From assembly GCF_009914755.1 (NCBI RefSeq), contig NC_060945.1: 64,000 nucleotides of DNA; one strand, written 5' to 3'. Source of the DNA: the human T2T-CHM13v2.0 reference genome, Homo sapiens. Below are positions 12,216 through 22,528 of the stretch, one piece after another. Under the pieces are notes generated by a model. The model saw only the letters and a program-made list of their open reading frames with translations, was not told the DNA's origin and did no database searches. The position numbers and the translations under genes were made by a program. Positions within the stretch are counted from its first letter, which is position 1. Every line of letters begins with the position of its first letter.

Positions 12216-12661
12216 TGATGCAGGACAGGCGAGCCCTAAGATTGAAGCATAGCCCGGGAGGGTTCTTAGCTTTGCCCAGGAAGGAACTCAAGGGCAAGCC
12301 AGTGGTGTTAGCAACTTTTATTGAAGCGGCCGGCTGTGCACAGCAGCAGCAGAGGCGCTGCTCCTTGCAAAGCAGGGCTGCCCTACAGGCTGTGCGCCCA
12401 CAGTAGCAGCTCAGAGGCAGTTCTGCAGTGGTATTTGTATCCACTTTTAATTATATGCAAATGAAGGGGCAGTTTATGCAGACATTTCCAGGGTGAGGGT
12501 GGTAACTTCTGGGTGCTGCCAGAGCCATGGTGAACTGACTTGACACAGGTCGGTGTGTCCTATGGAAACTAGCATCTGCCCTGGACCTATTTTAGCTAGT
12601 GCTCAGTTTGGTCTGAGTGCCTGAGCCCCACTTCCAGAGTTGAGTCCCACCTCCTACCTCA
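12216..12661 (-). mobile_element. 3' LTR (MER66A-like)
   Basis: Homologous to 18933-19415. The - strand begins TGAGGTAGGAGGTGGGACTCAACTC. It has AATAAA at 12317-12322 and is preceded by the polypurine tract AAGGGGGAA (12662-12670). Confidence 0.9.
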
Positions 12662-12779
12662 TTCCCCCTTCAGAGATTAGATACTCCTCCTTAATCTTAA
12701 GGGGGCTGCAGAAGGGCGGAGATCTGTTTTCCGTAACTACTTCCTGCTGAGTTTATGGACGTAGGCCCTGCCTGGCACT

Positions 12780-14322
12780 GGAGGAGTAAAAATCTCTGGA
12801 TACCTGATCTAAGGAGCCCAGAGGCAGGACGATTTCATTCTCCGTGTCAGTGGACAGGATGGGCTGGAAGCCTTGTGCCAGCATTGTCTCTGGAACTGTG
12901 GTAATCTAGAATACACAAACTTTACTAAGAGGTTAAAGAAGCAAGGACCAAACATTTGTAACAAGACAGTTGTCAAAGGTCCTAGAAGAGGTGAAAAACA
13001 GGTGAGACTTGGGAAGGCACTTTTGATGGTTGACCAGATATAGTTGGGGGCAGTGCCCTGGTTATATCTATGTAACTAGGTAGCTTGCTCATAGATCTTT
13101 TGAATGTTAACCTCAACCTGTCCAGAGTTAATATATGTGCAGCAGGTTTTATTAATAACTGCACAAGACCCCACCTTGTTCAGCTAGTAAATAATCCAAT
13201 GCTAGTCTGTTATCAACAACTACATTTTCCAGAGTCTGGGGAACTCTTGAATTCTCTTTAATGCCTGATCTCCGTTGGTGGCTAAGGATTCTAGGATTTG
13301 AGCCAAGTTCTTTAGCGTTAACTCATGGTAGGCAAAGCCACCCCAGGGTGCTGCTAGTCCTATTGCCACCCTGATTCCTGCCAGAATTAGTTTTATTGCT
13401 TACTTATTTCTGATATTCTTGGGTCCTAGGCGTTATAGATTGTGACCCCTGGAGGGGTAAGAGTGGCCAACGTTCATTCATGTCAGTTCCAAGTTTTTTA
13501 GATACAAGGGAAAGCTATTCCTTAAAGAAGAGGTGACTCCTTAGGGAGTTGGAGTGGTTACAGGGTGTGACTTCTTCCCATTCATAGTCACAAACAAAAA
13601 TGAACCCAACTAGGGCACCAAGAGAAGCCCTGCGGGGTGCGATGTTTATACTTCATTGCCAGGTTGGGTCTATAGAGATATTTTCCACCTGTTCTCATGG
13701 TGGTGGTTGAACAATCTTTGTTTTCTAGAAGAAGGTAGTACTGTCACCTTCCCAGATCAGGCAGTTGTTTTTCCTTTGTATGTTCCCATCCGGGAGAAGG
13801 TACCATATATGGTCTTTTCACTCACAAATGGAATCTCATTTACCTCCCCGTGGTCTTGGAAACTTGGCAACTAGAGTTGGACCAGAGCATCGCAGGGAAG
13901 CTTCCACTTTTGTGTCATTAATGCAAGAGTGGATGCAAATGTTAGAGTTATGAGTGCACTGGAGATATAGATGCCCAACTTCCCAGATTCCGATAATAGT
14001 GGTCAGGGCAGGGGGACAGCAGGGTCCAGGGGGGATCCACTAAGTGGGGAAGAGTTCCACTTCACAATAGGGGTTTGGGTATTTTGGGGTGCTATGGTTA
14101 GTTAGGAGGTCTGGGGACATGGTCCTGAGATTTTCCAGATAGGTCGGAAGATGAAACTGTCTATCCTGGGGGTGTTGATGACAAATCTGGCAGCCATAAA
14201 GATGATTCTATGATGCTATAATTTTTGAAATATTTACTGTAGAATTTTGTCCACCCTCCCTGTCCACATACACACTAGCTTAGGTTAATTAGAAGAGCAA
14301 ACAGAATTAACAGTGGCATCAT
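12780..14322 (-). pseudogene. Decayed env, ERVV-1/ERVV-2 (HERV-V)-like
   Basis: Manual translation gives: signal peptide MMPLLILFALLINLS; NSTVNISKIIAS*NHLYGCQICH (CXXC at 14181-14192); furin site RNK*; fusion peptide AIKLILAGIRVAIGLAAPWGGFAYHELTLKNL; ISD NVVVDNRLALDYLLAEQGGV; CAVINKTCC; and the TM tail FGPCFFNLLVKFVYSRL. There are several stops and frameshifts. Confidence 0.9.
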
Positions 14323-14472
14323 GGTATCTGGTTGGGTCTTAGAGTAGCTTCTATACCCAACAAGCCCACAGGAGATGTTTCCCAGGAGGAGGTGGCTGGT
14401 TAAAGCCATAGAAAGGAAGTACTACAGTCAGGAAGAAGAGCAAGATCAATGCTCCTATTCCCATCTACAGCA

Positions 14473-14700
14473 TTACATTACCTCTTCTGGCTGAGTGTTG
14501 ATTATTTTAAATAGGTAGCAGAGGTCTTCCAAAGCTTTACTGATATTGGTTGTGGTTGTAGTGCCCTTCCTTTGTGCCTGTGACTCATAAGAAACAGGTT
14601 TAGTCCTGGATCTGTGTGCCCAAGTAGGTGTTCCCTGAAGTTTAACAGCAGTGGGGGTACTTAACAATACCTGATAAGGCCCCTTCCATTTCATTGTAAT
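14473..14700 (-). pseudogene. Integrase C-terminal remnant (GPY/F motif)
   Basis: ORF KWKGPYQVLLSTPTAVKLQGTPTWAHRSRTKP is a typical gammaretrovirus-like integrase C-terminus. Confidence 0.85.
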
Positions 14701-16149
14701 TGATTCTTGGGGTATCCCTGTCTTTACCCTGTCTTTAAGGTTTTAGCAAGACTAAGTCTCCTGGTTGAACCGGGGAGCTATTTTTTCCTTTGTGGGGAAG
14801 GACAGTATTTTATTTTTATATTGGAGGGCCTTTTGAACCTGTCCTAAATTCTAAAGGGGAGGGGGGAAGGTTCATATAGGTAATTACTACAAGCCAAGAC
14901 CACAGCAGCTCAACACATAAAATCCATAGACAAATCAGTTTTACAACCCCATTTCCTGGCTTCTAGTTCTTGGCTTCCATACTGCTCAAAAGGAGTTCAA
15001 GGGCCAATGAGTGCCCGCCCACCTCCACACTCATGCACTGTGCAGATGACTTACACAGACCATCTACAACATAGCTGAATTTCCTGACATGTTCTATACT
15101 ACCTCTTTCTTAAAGTTATTTTACTCTAGGATAGGGAATTTACTATACAGGATTCCTCCACATATAAAATTACTCTTTCTTTATATCCTTCCTTGCAAAA
15201 CAAACAAAAAATACATTTTCTATTCATAATATTCTTTACATCTCTCTTTTCTACTCACTGGTTCACTCATGTTTTGAACCTCCCATTTAGTAACTTCCGG
15301 ATTAGACAAAAAATTTTTTCTCAATAAAGAATACATTTCTTTAGCACATTTTATGGAAACCTAGGAAGGAAGAAGTCATGAACTTCACACTAGACATTGT
15401 CATTCTATAACTGAGAACCATTCTACCATTTTATGATTTTAAACCACACATTAAGCATATCCCATTTACGTGTATTTAATTATTTCACTTTTAACTTTAT
15501 CTAGATCACCGAGAACCAAGGTACCATGCAAAGCTGGTCACCATTTAAAGCCATTTTAACCATTTTAAAGCCTATGAACATCAGTGACTTACCTAGGTAA
15601 AAATCCTAAAGTTAAATTTTAGAAGATACAAGATTCTCTTCAAACTAATAAGCTTTCAGTAGTCTTATTTGTTGAATGTATGAGTGTTCTTTTATCTATA
15701 AGCCAGTTTGACAGCACGCTAGATGTAACACACATCACAATACATGTACATATACCCAAAAACATATTAAATAAAATGACCTATACAAGACAACTGGATT
15801 CAAGTTATTTACAGAACTGGGACCCATCTACCTGGCCAAATTTTGTTTGCCCCGATAGGTATGGAAAACAGGAAAAGGCAGGACAGGGAATCCCATAGCA
15901 TCAACTAAAAAGGGGAGGAAGCAAACTGCATTGCTCAAAAGGAGATTCTGGAGTCCCCACGCCACTGGAGAGCACACTCAGTGGTGGAAATACCAAAGAA
16001 AAATGTTCAGGCGGCTGCTTATCTGCCACTGTGGAAAGCTGTCCTCTGGGACAGTAAACTTACTTGAGCTAAGCAGCTCACTGGGGCTAGTAGGAGAAGG
16101 TTAGCTCTAGTATTGATGGAAGCTTTTTGTTGTTATTGTTCTCTCTCAC

Positions 16150-17427
16150 CAGAGCAGTTAGGACATTTGCATTGCCAGGGGCCCTTTTGCGTATAGTAGG
16201 CGCAGTGATTCTGGCCCAGGGGTCAGCAAGTCAGGCATCAAGTCTTGTCTAGGCATCCCAGATGCTAATTTTGTAACATTTTCTCAAGATGAGTAATCCT
16301 GAGGGGCAAGGAGGCTTAAAGTCACTGTTAACAATTGTACTTTTTGGCTATTTCTTTTTACTCCCCTCTTTTGCCCTGTCCCTGTTGTTGTAAACTTTAA
16401 AGGCTATGTTTAAGCGTCGTTTCATAGGACTTGAAGGTCCCATTGCTGCTTTTTGTAGATTCCTCCTAATGTCAGGAGAAGATTGAATGAGAAAATGTAT
16501 ACCCAGGAGAGCTTGCCCTTCTGGGGTGTCTGGGCCTGCATTAGTATATTTCCTGAGTGCTTCAACTAAAAGACCCTGAAACAGAGCGGGATTTTCATCT
16601 TTTCCCCGAGTTACTTCTTTAACCTTGTCATAATTGACTGGCTTAACCACACACTTTTTCCTCTACTTTTTTTTCCCCACAGCACAGCAAGCGGATGACA
16701 ATATTTGTAAATCGTGGCAATTTGAAGAACATAGTCAACGTAACAAACTCTTGTATAAGCTTTTCTGGTTTATCTGAAAACTGGCCAATTCTTTCCTTTT
16801 ATAAGGTCTAATTAGACATGGAAAGTGGCATATGTACTCTTTGAGTGTTCCCTCATTTCCATCAACTACTTTCCACAGTGGACACAGGCTTGACCTTAGG
16901 GGCTGATATGGAGCCCCACTCCTGGTGTACTGGTTGGGCTCATTTTCTTGGGCAGCAGAGGGTATAGGCTAGGGCTAGTTGGATAAGGGGGAAAGGTGCC
17001 TGATGATATTGGGGTGGAATCTCATTAGGGAATTGGCGAGAACCCCCACTCAGGACTGGGGGACTGAAGAGACTCTGGGGAGGCTTATGAACTTTCTATG
17101 GGGAGCAGCTAGGTGGGGATCCCTTATGCATGGCATTCTAATGCCTGGAAGTAACGTGATCCAGTATAGAGCCATAAAAGCCTGTACATAAGGGATCTCT
17201 TCCCATTTTCCTTCTCTTTTACAAAATAAGCCTAATCGTAAAATATCACTATAGTATATAGAACCATGTTTAGGCCAGATATATTCGTCATCTAACTTGT
17301 ATTTAACCCAAATGGTGTTGCAATACAAAATGAGTTTCTTTTTCTTTAAGCCAAATTTGAATTTGCTCCAATAGCTTAAAAGACACCCTAGCGGCGAGTC
17401 CCTTGGGATACTCCTTGTTGTCCCCAT
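16150..17427 (-). pseudogene. Disrupted gag (matrix, capsid/MHR, degenerate zinc knuckle)
   Basis: Matrix MGTTRSIPRDSPLGCLL...YCNTIW...WEEIPYVQAFMAL (17050-17427); capsid KPVNYDKVKEVTRGKDENPALF...FLIQSSPDIRRNLQK (16348-16650); NC-like LGQNHCAYYTQKGPWQCKCP near 16155-16220. Confidence 0.9.
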
Positions 17428-18911
17428 GCCTATATTAAGGATCTCTCTACAGAGGGTTTTATTAGCCCAAGTTTAGCAAAAGCCTAGTTACTCTTCCCTC
17501 TTAAATTCCCGTGTTCTTTAAAGGTGTAAATATAGATAGCAAGGTGTTATAAAAATGGATTATGAGCTACGAATGGGCAGTCGAATGTGGAGCCTAAATT
17601 CCATAGAGATCTAGAGTTGGGTGGAGAGGGGGCTAAACAAATGGAGGAAGGGAAAGGGGTAAACAGCGTTGCCCAAGGGGAGACCTCAGAGGCTCTGACT
17701 TGCTGAAGAACCTACCCAGTAGTGGAGATACTGAAAAAAATATTGGGCTGGCCACTTGTCTACCACTGTAGGTGGCTGACTGCCAGGCCAGGAGCCTGGG
17801 AGCTCCCAATTCCTTTGACCAAGAGCAGCTTAGGCAAGGGAGTTATAAGACAGTACACAGGAAGGAGCTTGCAATTGGCTATTAGGAAAATAATACTCCT
17901 AACTTCAGGGTGGAAAAAGACAAGACCAATATTCGCCTAGCGAAAGGGGTATAACCCACAATCCTAGAGGAAATGTCAGTGCTAAAAACCCCAGAGCATC
18001 TGGAGGGTGGCCTATAATACCGATGCTGAGAACCCAAAATGCCTGCGTTTCAGCCAACAAGGATGCCCTCGCCAAAGCAGCTGTGCACAGCAGTGCCAAA
18101 AACCCTGGGGTACCCAGTGGGCGGCCAACCCCGTGAACCCAAGACCAGGTTACAGAACATAGAACAACGTGACAACGTGACTCTGGTATCCCAGAGTCAA
18201 CACAACAGGGGACCTCTCACAACCAAGTGTCCTGCCTTAAACAATTGCCCAAATACAATTAACAGAAAGTCGAAAGCAAACATAAGACTCCAAACAAGAC
18301 ATACATGTTAGGACTGAAAATGAAACCAAAGTGGAGCAATAAAATGGAGTCAGAGGAGAAAGAACCAGGTGAAGGGGTGGCAAGAATGTGCTTCAAGGCA
18401 CCTAAACCGTGGGGAACTGACCGCTTAGCCAAAGGCTTTTATTTCCTAGCTTACCTGATATTACTGGGGGAGGGTGCAAAGGGGACTCTCACCCATCCAC
18501 AGAAGACAAAATGGCACCAGCCAGTCTTCCACGTGGGACCCGGGTGCAGGTCTCTCTAGGTTCCCCAGCTTGGGGGTGCTCAGCTTCTGTGTCGGGGGCT
18601 GGCTCGTTAGAGCAGTGGGTCCCACACGAGGCAGCTGTACTATGGACACTTGGCTGTCCACTCAGTTTCACCACCTGCCAGGGAAAGATGATGGCTGTGA
18701 AAAGAGGCACTGGTTAGGGTTAGAGCTCGGTAGTGTTAGCAGCTCTTTATTGGTACTTCCTCAGTGTTACAGATCTTACATCCTCAATCACAGACTGCTT
18801 CACCGTCTCTTGCTGTCTTGCCAACTGCTGTCTCTTGTCTCTCACCAATTGCTGCCTCTCTGTCTCTGCTGTCTTGCCTCTCTGCCAATTGCCACCATCT
18901 CCGCTGTCCTT

Positions 18912-18930
18912 GTCCCTTTGCTGGTTGCCA
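18912..18930 (-). other. Primer-binding site, tRNA-Arg-like
   Basis: The - strand reads TGGCAACCAGCAAAGGGAC, starting 2 nt after the 5' LTR. It resembles the ERV9-type Arg PBS TGGCGACCACGAAGGGAC. Confidence 0.7.
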
Positions 18931-18932
18931 GA

Positions 18933-19415
18933 TGATGCAGGACAGGCAAGCCCCAAGACTGGGGCTTAGCCTGGGAGAGTTCTTGGATTTGCCCAAAGAT
19001 TCAAGGGTGAGCTGGTGGTGTTAGGCAGCAGCTTTCATGGAAGCAGCTGTGCACAGCAGCGCCAGAGATGCCGCTCCTTGCAGATCAGGGCTGCTCCATA
19101 GGCTGTGTGCCCTGAGTAGCAGCTCAGAGGCAGTTCTGCAGTCATATTTATACCTACCTTTAACTATATGCAAATTAATGGGCGGTGTATGCAGATACTT
19201 CTAGGATGAGGGTGGTAACCTTAGGGCCATTGGGTCATTGCCATGGAAAGGGGTGGTAACTTCTGGGTGTTGCCATGGAAACGGTAAACCGACATGGCAT
19301 GCTGGTGGGTGTGTCCTATGGAAAACTGCATCTGCCCTGACCTGTTTTAGCTAGTGCTCAGTTTGGTCCTATGTCCAAGCCTTGCCTCTGGAATCAAGTC
19401 CCGCCTCCTGCCTCA
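18933..19415 (-). promoter_or_regulatory. 5' LTR (MER66A-like), candidate PLAC4 promoter
   Basis: The - strand begins TGAGGCAGGAGGCGGGACTTG. TATAAATA is at 19145-19152 (-) and an octamer ATGCAAAT at 19168-19175. It is followed by the PBS. Confidence 0.85.
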
Positions 19416-20714
19416 CCAGGAGTCGCAGGTAAGAGTGTGTGTCATGGAGGAGGTTATAAATGTGGGCCACTGAGACCCACTCCCCACTGGGGAACTCTGA
19501 GAGGTGACATCAGATAGATTCAGCTGTGCTGACTAGGGGGCAAGGCAGCTGGGCCTTATCACTCCCTCCTGCCAACCGTGGGTGGAGGGCAGCTCACAGG
19601 GGGTTCACTCTTCAGCGTTTCTGGCTCAATAGCTGGCCAAAGAAGCCATCTGCAGAGAGTCACAGGTGCTTGCATTAGAGGCTGTAGAGTCAAGTGCCCA
19701 GGAAGGGTGTGGCTGGCAGTTTGCTGTGGCTACTGTGTGCCTAGAACAACCACTGTGTGCTAGAACCATGGCTGGCACAAGTTAGGATGATATTTGAGGA
19801 ATGAAAGATCGAATATGTTCTACCACTGCACGTATTTGAGAGCATTATTTTGGCCCAGGAATCACAAAACAGAGTTTTAAAACTGTTCTTTAAAATCCTA
19901 ACCTGCTAGCAGGCTCTAGACTCTAACTCATGAAAGCCTCTGTGAGTTTGGAGTGTGCCTGTCATTGCTGTGTAGTTCCTTGAACTTTTATTGGAAGGTG
20001 AAGATGTGATGTGTAGATACTGAGCAAGAGAAAATGGTTGGGGGGCAAAGGGTGATCGTGTTTGAGGTTATAAACAACCACAAAACCGCCTTTGAGAGTT
20101 GAGTGCTCTGAACGTTAAGAGCTTGCAAACCCTTTAGAATGGCTGGGCTTTGTATGGTTGACTGGCAGCACAACAAAGTTGCAAGCAAGTGTTAAATTCC
20201 TGACCCACTACCACTTCCATGTAATCCATCAGGAAGTTTACCAAAGTATAGCTCCCACAGCTTTTGTATATATAAGAATTTACTACGTAGTAGTTCCTTT
20301 ATATTCTGTATAACGTCAGTTCTTAAGTACACACACATTTTAAAAGTACGTAATATTGTTATCATCCTTCCATTAGTCAATATACGTACATTTTGGTTTA
20401 ACCCTGTAGTCCAGGGGCAACTTCTATGATCCCTCCTTCTTGCTTTTTGCACCCAAATAGGAGAGAAGGCAGTGTCATTCAGAATGGTCGGGCTGCAGGC
20501 ACCTGTGGGCCGTGTTTATAGAGAGTGGAATCACTCTGTGCCCAGCAGAACCCACGTCTTCCCCTCCATGTCAGAGCTGGTGCTTCACTTGGGGCCTGCT
20601 CATCTCTGTATCCATGGACATATGCCTCATTGCCTGGGTTTATGAATCATGAGGCTAAGTAGAGAATTGAAAACAACTCCCAATATTTGTGTTCAGGCCT
20701 AGGGAGAGGCAGGG

Positions 20715-21141
20715 TGTTCCATGGTTGGCAGGCCTATGCAAACCACCCCAGAGTCCAAGGAAGCTGAGAGGCCGAAGAAGAGGCTGCCAAATCCAGTTTC
20801 TCAGAAAGAAATATTTAATAGGGACTTATGAATGGAAGTCATGCCTGTGTCTAGAGTGGTGGCAAGACGAGATGGTGGATTCCTACCCATCACCCCCCCA
20901 GACCCAGGGCTTACATACCATAGGGAAGGAATGTCTAGGGCAGTCGAAAAGGCAAGAATCCTATGTGAATCTGCCTAAGGGCAGGATTGCCTGAGCTAAG
21001 GGCAGGATTTACCAATAAGTACTTTCTCTTACATAAGGAACAATAGATAAGAGAAACCTTAGAAGCCTTCCAGGAACTGGGGTCAATCAGAAGTCAACAT
21101 GGTGGTGGGAATCCAAGGATGGAGTTGCTTTAGCCTCTCCA
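20715..21141 (-). mobile_element. Solo LTR (LTR47-like)
   Basis: TG...CA ends with a 5-bp TSD CAGGG (20710-20714, 21142-21146). The body motif is GGCCTATGCAAAC...GGAAGCTGAGAGGCCGAAGAAGAGGCTG. Confidence 0.7.
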
Positions 21142-21339
21142 CAGGGTCCTGCTCAACTTCAACCTTAAGCCTCATGTTCCAAGCCAGTGTCAACAGGATT
21201 CTTCCTGGGGCCACTGGGTTTTAGCACAGCCAATGGCACATTGGTTACCGTGGTTCCTTAGCCCTGTAATTGCATCAGAGGCCTGCCCAGAAGACTGATT
21301 GGAGGCCAGCAGTCTCGCTCCTGTGGCCAGGCAGCATCT

Positions 21340-22060
21340 TCTTGTGTCCCTCGAGAGTTTTGAAGGTATTTTCACATTATCTTCCCGATGCTGTTGATAA
21401 GTCTGATGCAATTGTAATTCCTGATTCACTGTATATGAACTGTTTTCTTTCCCTCCAGAAACATGTGAAGTATTCTTGACCTGGTATTTGGAAATTTCTT
21501 GTTGATGTGTCTTAGTCTGGATCTTTAAAAAAAAAAAAAATGCTGGGCACTTGGTGAATCTTTTCAGTCTAGAAACTCATAACGTTCATGTCTGAGAAAT
21601 TGTCTAGTAATTGCCTGTTCTCTCTTCTTGGACCTCCCATTATTCAGAAGTTGCACCTTCTAGTCTGGTCTCTCTGCTTCCCTTGTCTGTCTTTTTGGTT
21701 CTTCTCTCCATTTTCATTTCTGCCACCCACATTTTAGTTTTCAGGATCACTTTCTTTTTCTCTGAATGCTTCTGTTTTTGTTTGTTTTTCACCTTATTCC
21801 TGTTTCAAAGTTGCACATCTTCTTATATTTCTCTGAGAAAATTATGATTTTGCTTAACACTTGATTTCTGCTTCCTGCTTTTTATCTGTCTCCTCCAAGT
21901 TCCTTGTTTCAGTGTGTTTGTCATGGTCTTTGTGTCTCATGCTAGAGGCTTTCCTCACTATCTCATGATTATTGGCTGTCTGTTCATATTTAAAAGAGAA
22001 GCATTCAAATTTGATTGGAAGTTAAGGACTGTATGGAGACAAGGTATAGAAAATATTTTC
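21340..22060 (-). mobile_element. Old L1 (L1M) fragment
   Basis: T-rich diverged sequence with L1M-like motifs (GCTGTTGATAAGTCTGATGC, GATGTGTCTTAG). Confidence 0.5.
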
Positions 22061-22062
22061 AT

Positions 22063-22528
22063 TGTTTTATTAGTCAGGGTTCTGTAGGGGAACAGAATAG
22101 GAGATAGATATAGATAATAGAGATAGAGACATAGACATATAGATAAAGGGGAGTTTATTAAGTATTAACTTACACAATCACAAGATCCCACAGTAGGCTG
22201 TCTGCAAGTTTGAGGGGCAAGGAGAGCCAGTCTGAGTCTCAAAACTGAAGAATTTGGAGTCCAGTGTTCAAGGGCAGGAAGCGTCCAGTACGGGAGAAAG
22301 ATGTAGGCTGGGAAGCTAGGCCAGTCTCTCCTTTTCACATTTTTCTTCTGCTTTATATTCACTGGCAGCTGATTAGATGGTGCCCTCCAGATTAAGGGTG
22401 GGTCTGCCTTCCCCAGCCCACTGCCTCAAACGTTAATCTCTTTTGACAACACCCTCACAGACACACCCAGGATCAATACTTTGTATCCTTCAATCCAATC
22501 AAGTTGACACTCAGTATGAACCATCACA
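22063..22528 (-). mobile_element. MLT2A1 LTR (3' LTR of HERV-L)
   Basis: TATTAGTCAGGGTTCT...GGGGAGTTTATTAAG...CAATCCAATCAAGTTGACACTCAG...CCATCACA. It is adjacent to the PPT (AGGGGTGGACT on - strand). Confidence 0.9.

Larger units (their letters stand above)
7563..19125 (-). ncRNA. PLAC4: PLAC4 placenta-enriched antisense transcript region (ends approximate; 5' end inferred from the LTR TATA box)
   Basis: Contains the recognisable PLAC4 150-aa ORF. PLAC4 is known to lie antisense in BACE2 intron 1. A minus-strand AATAAA is at 7580-7585 and a same-strand LTR promoter is at 18933-19415. The boundaries are inferred, not observed. Confidence 0.6.
12216..19415 (-). mobile_element. Complete class I ERV provirus (MER66 / HERV-V-related), ~7.2 kb, lacking pro/RT
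   Basis: Paired LTRs bounded by TG...CA. A 4-bp TSD CCAG lies at 12212-12215 and 19416-19419. PBS, gag, integrase C-terminus, env and PPT occur in the correct order on the - strand. Confidence 0.93.
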
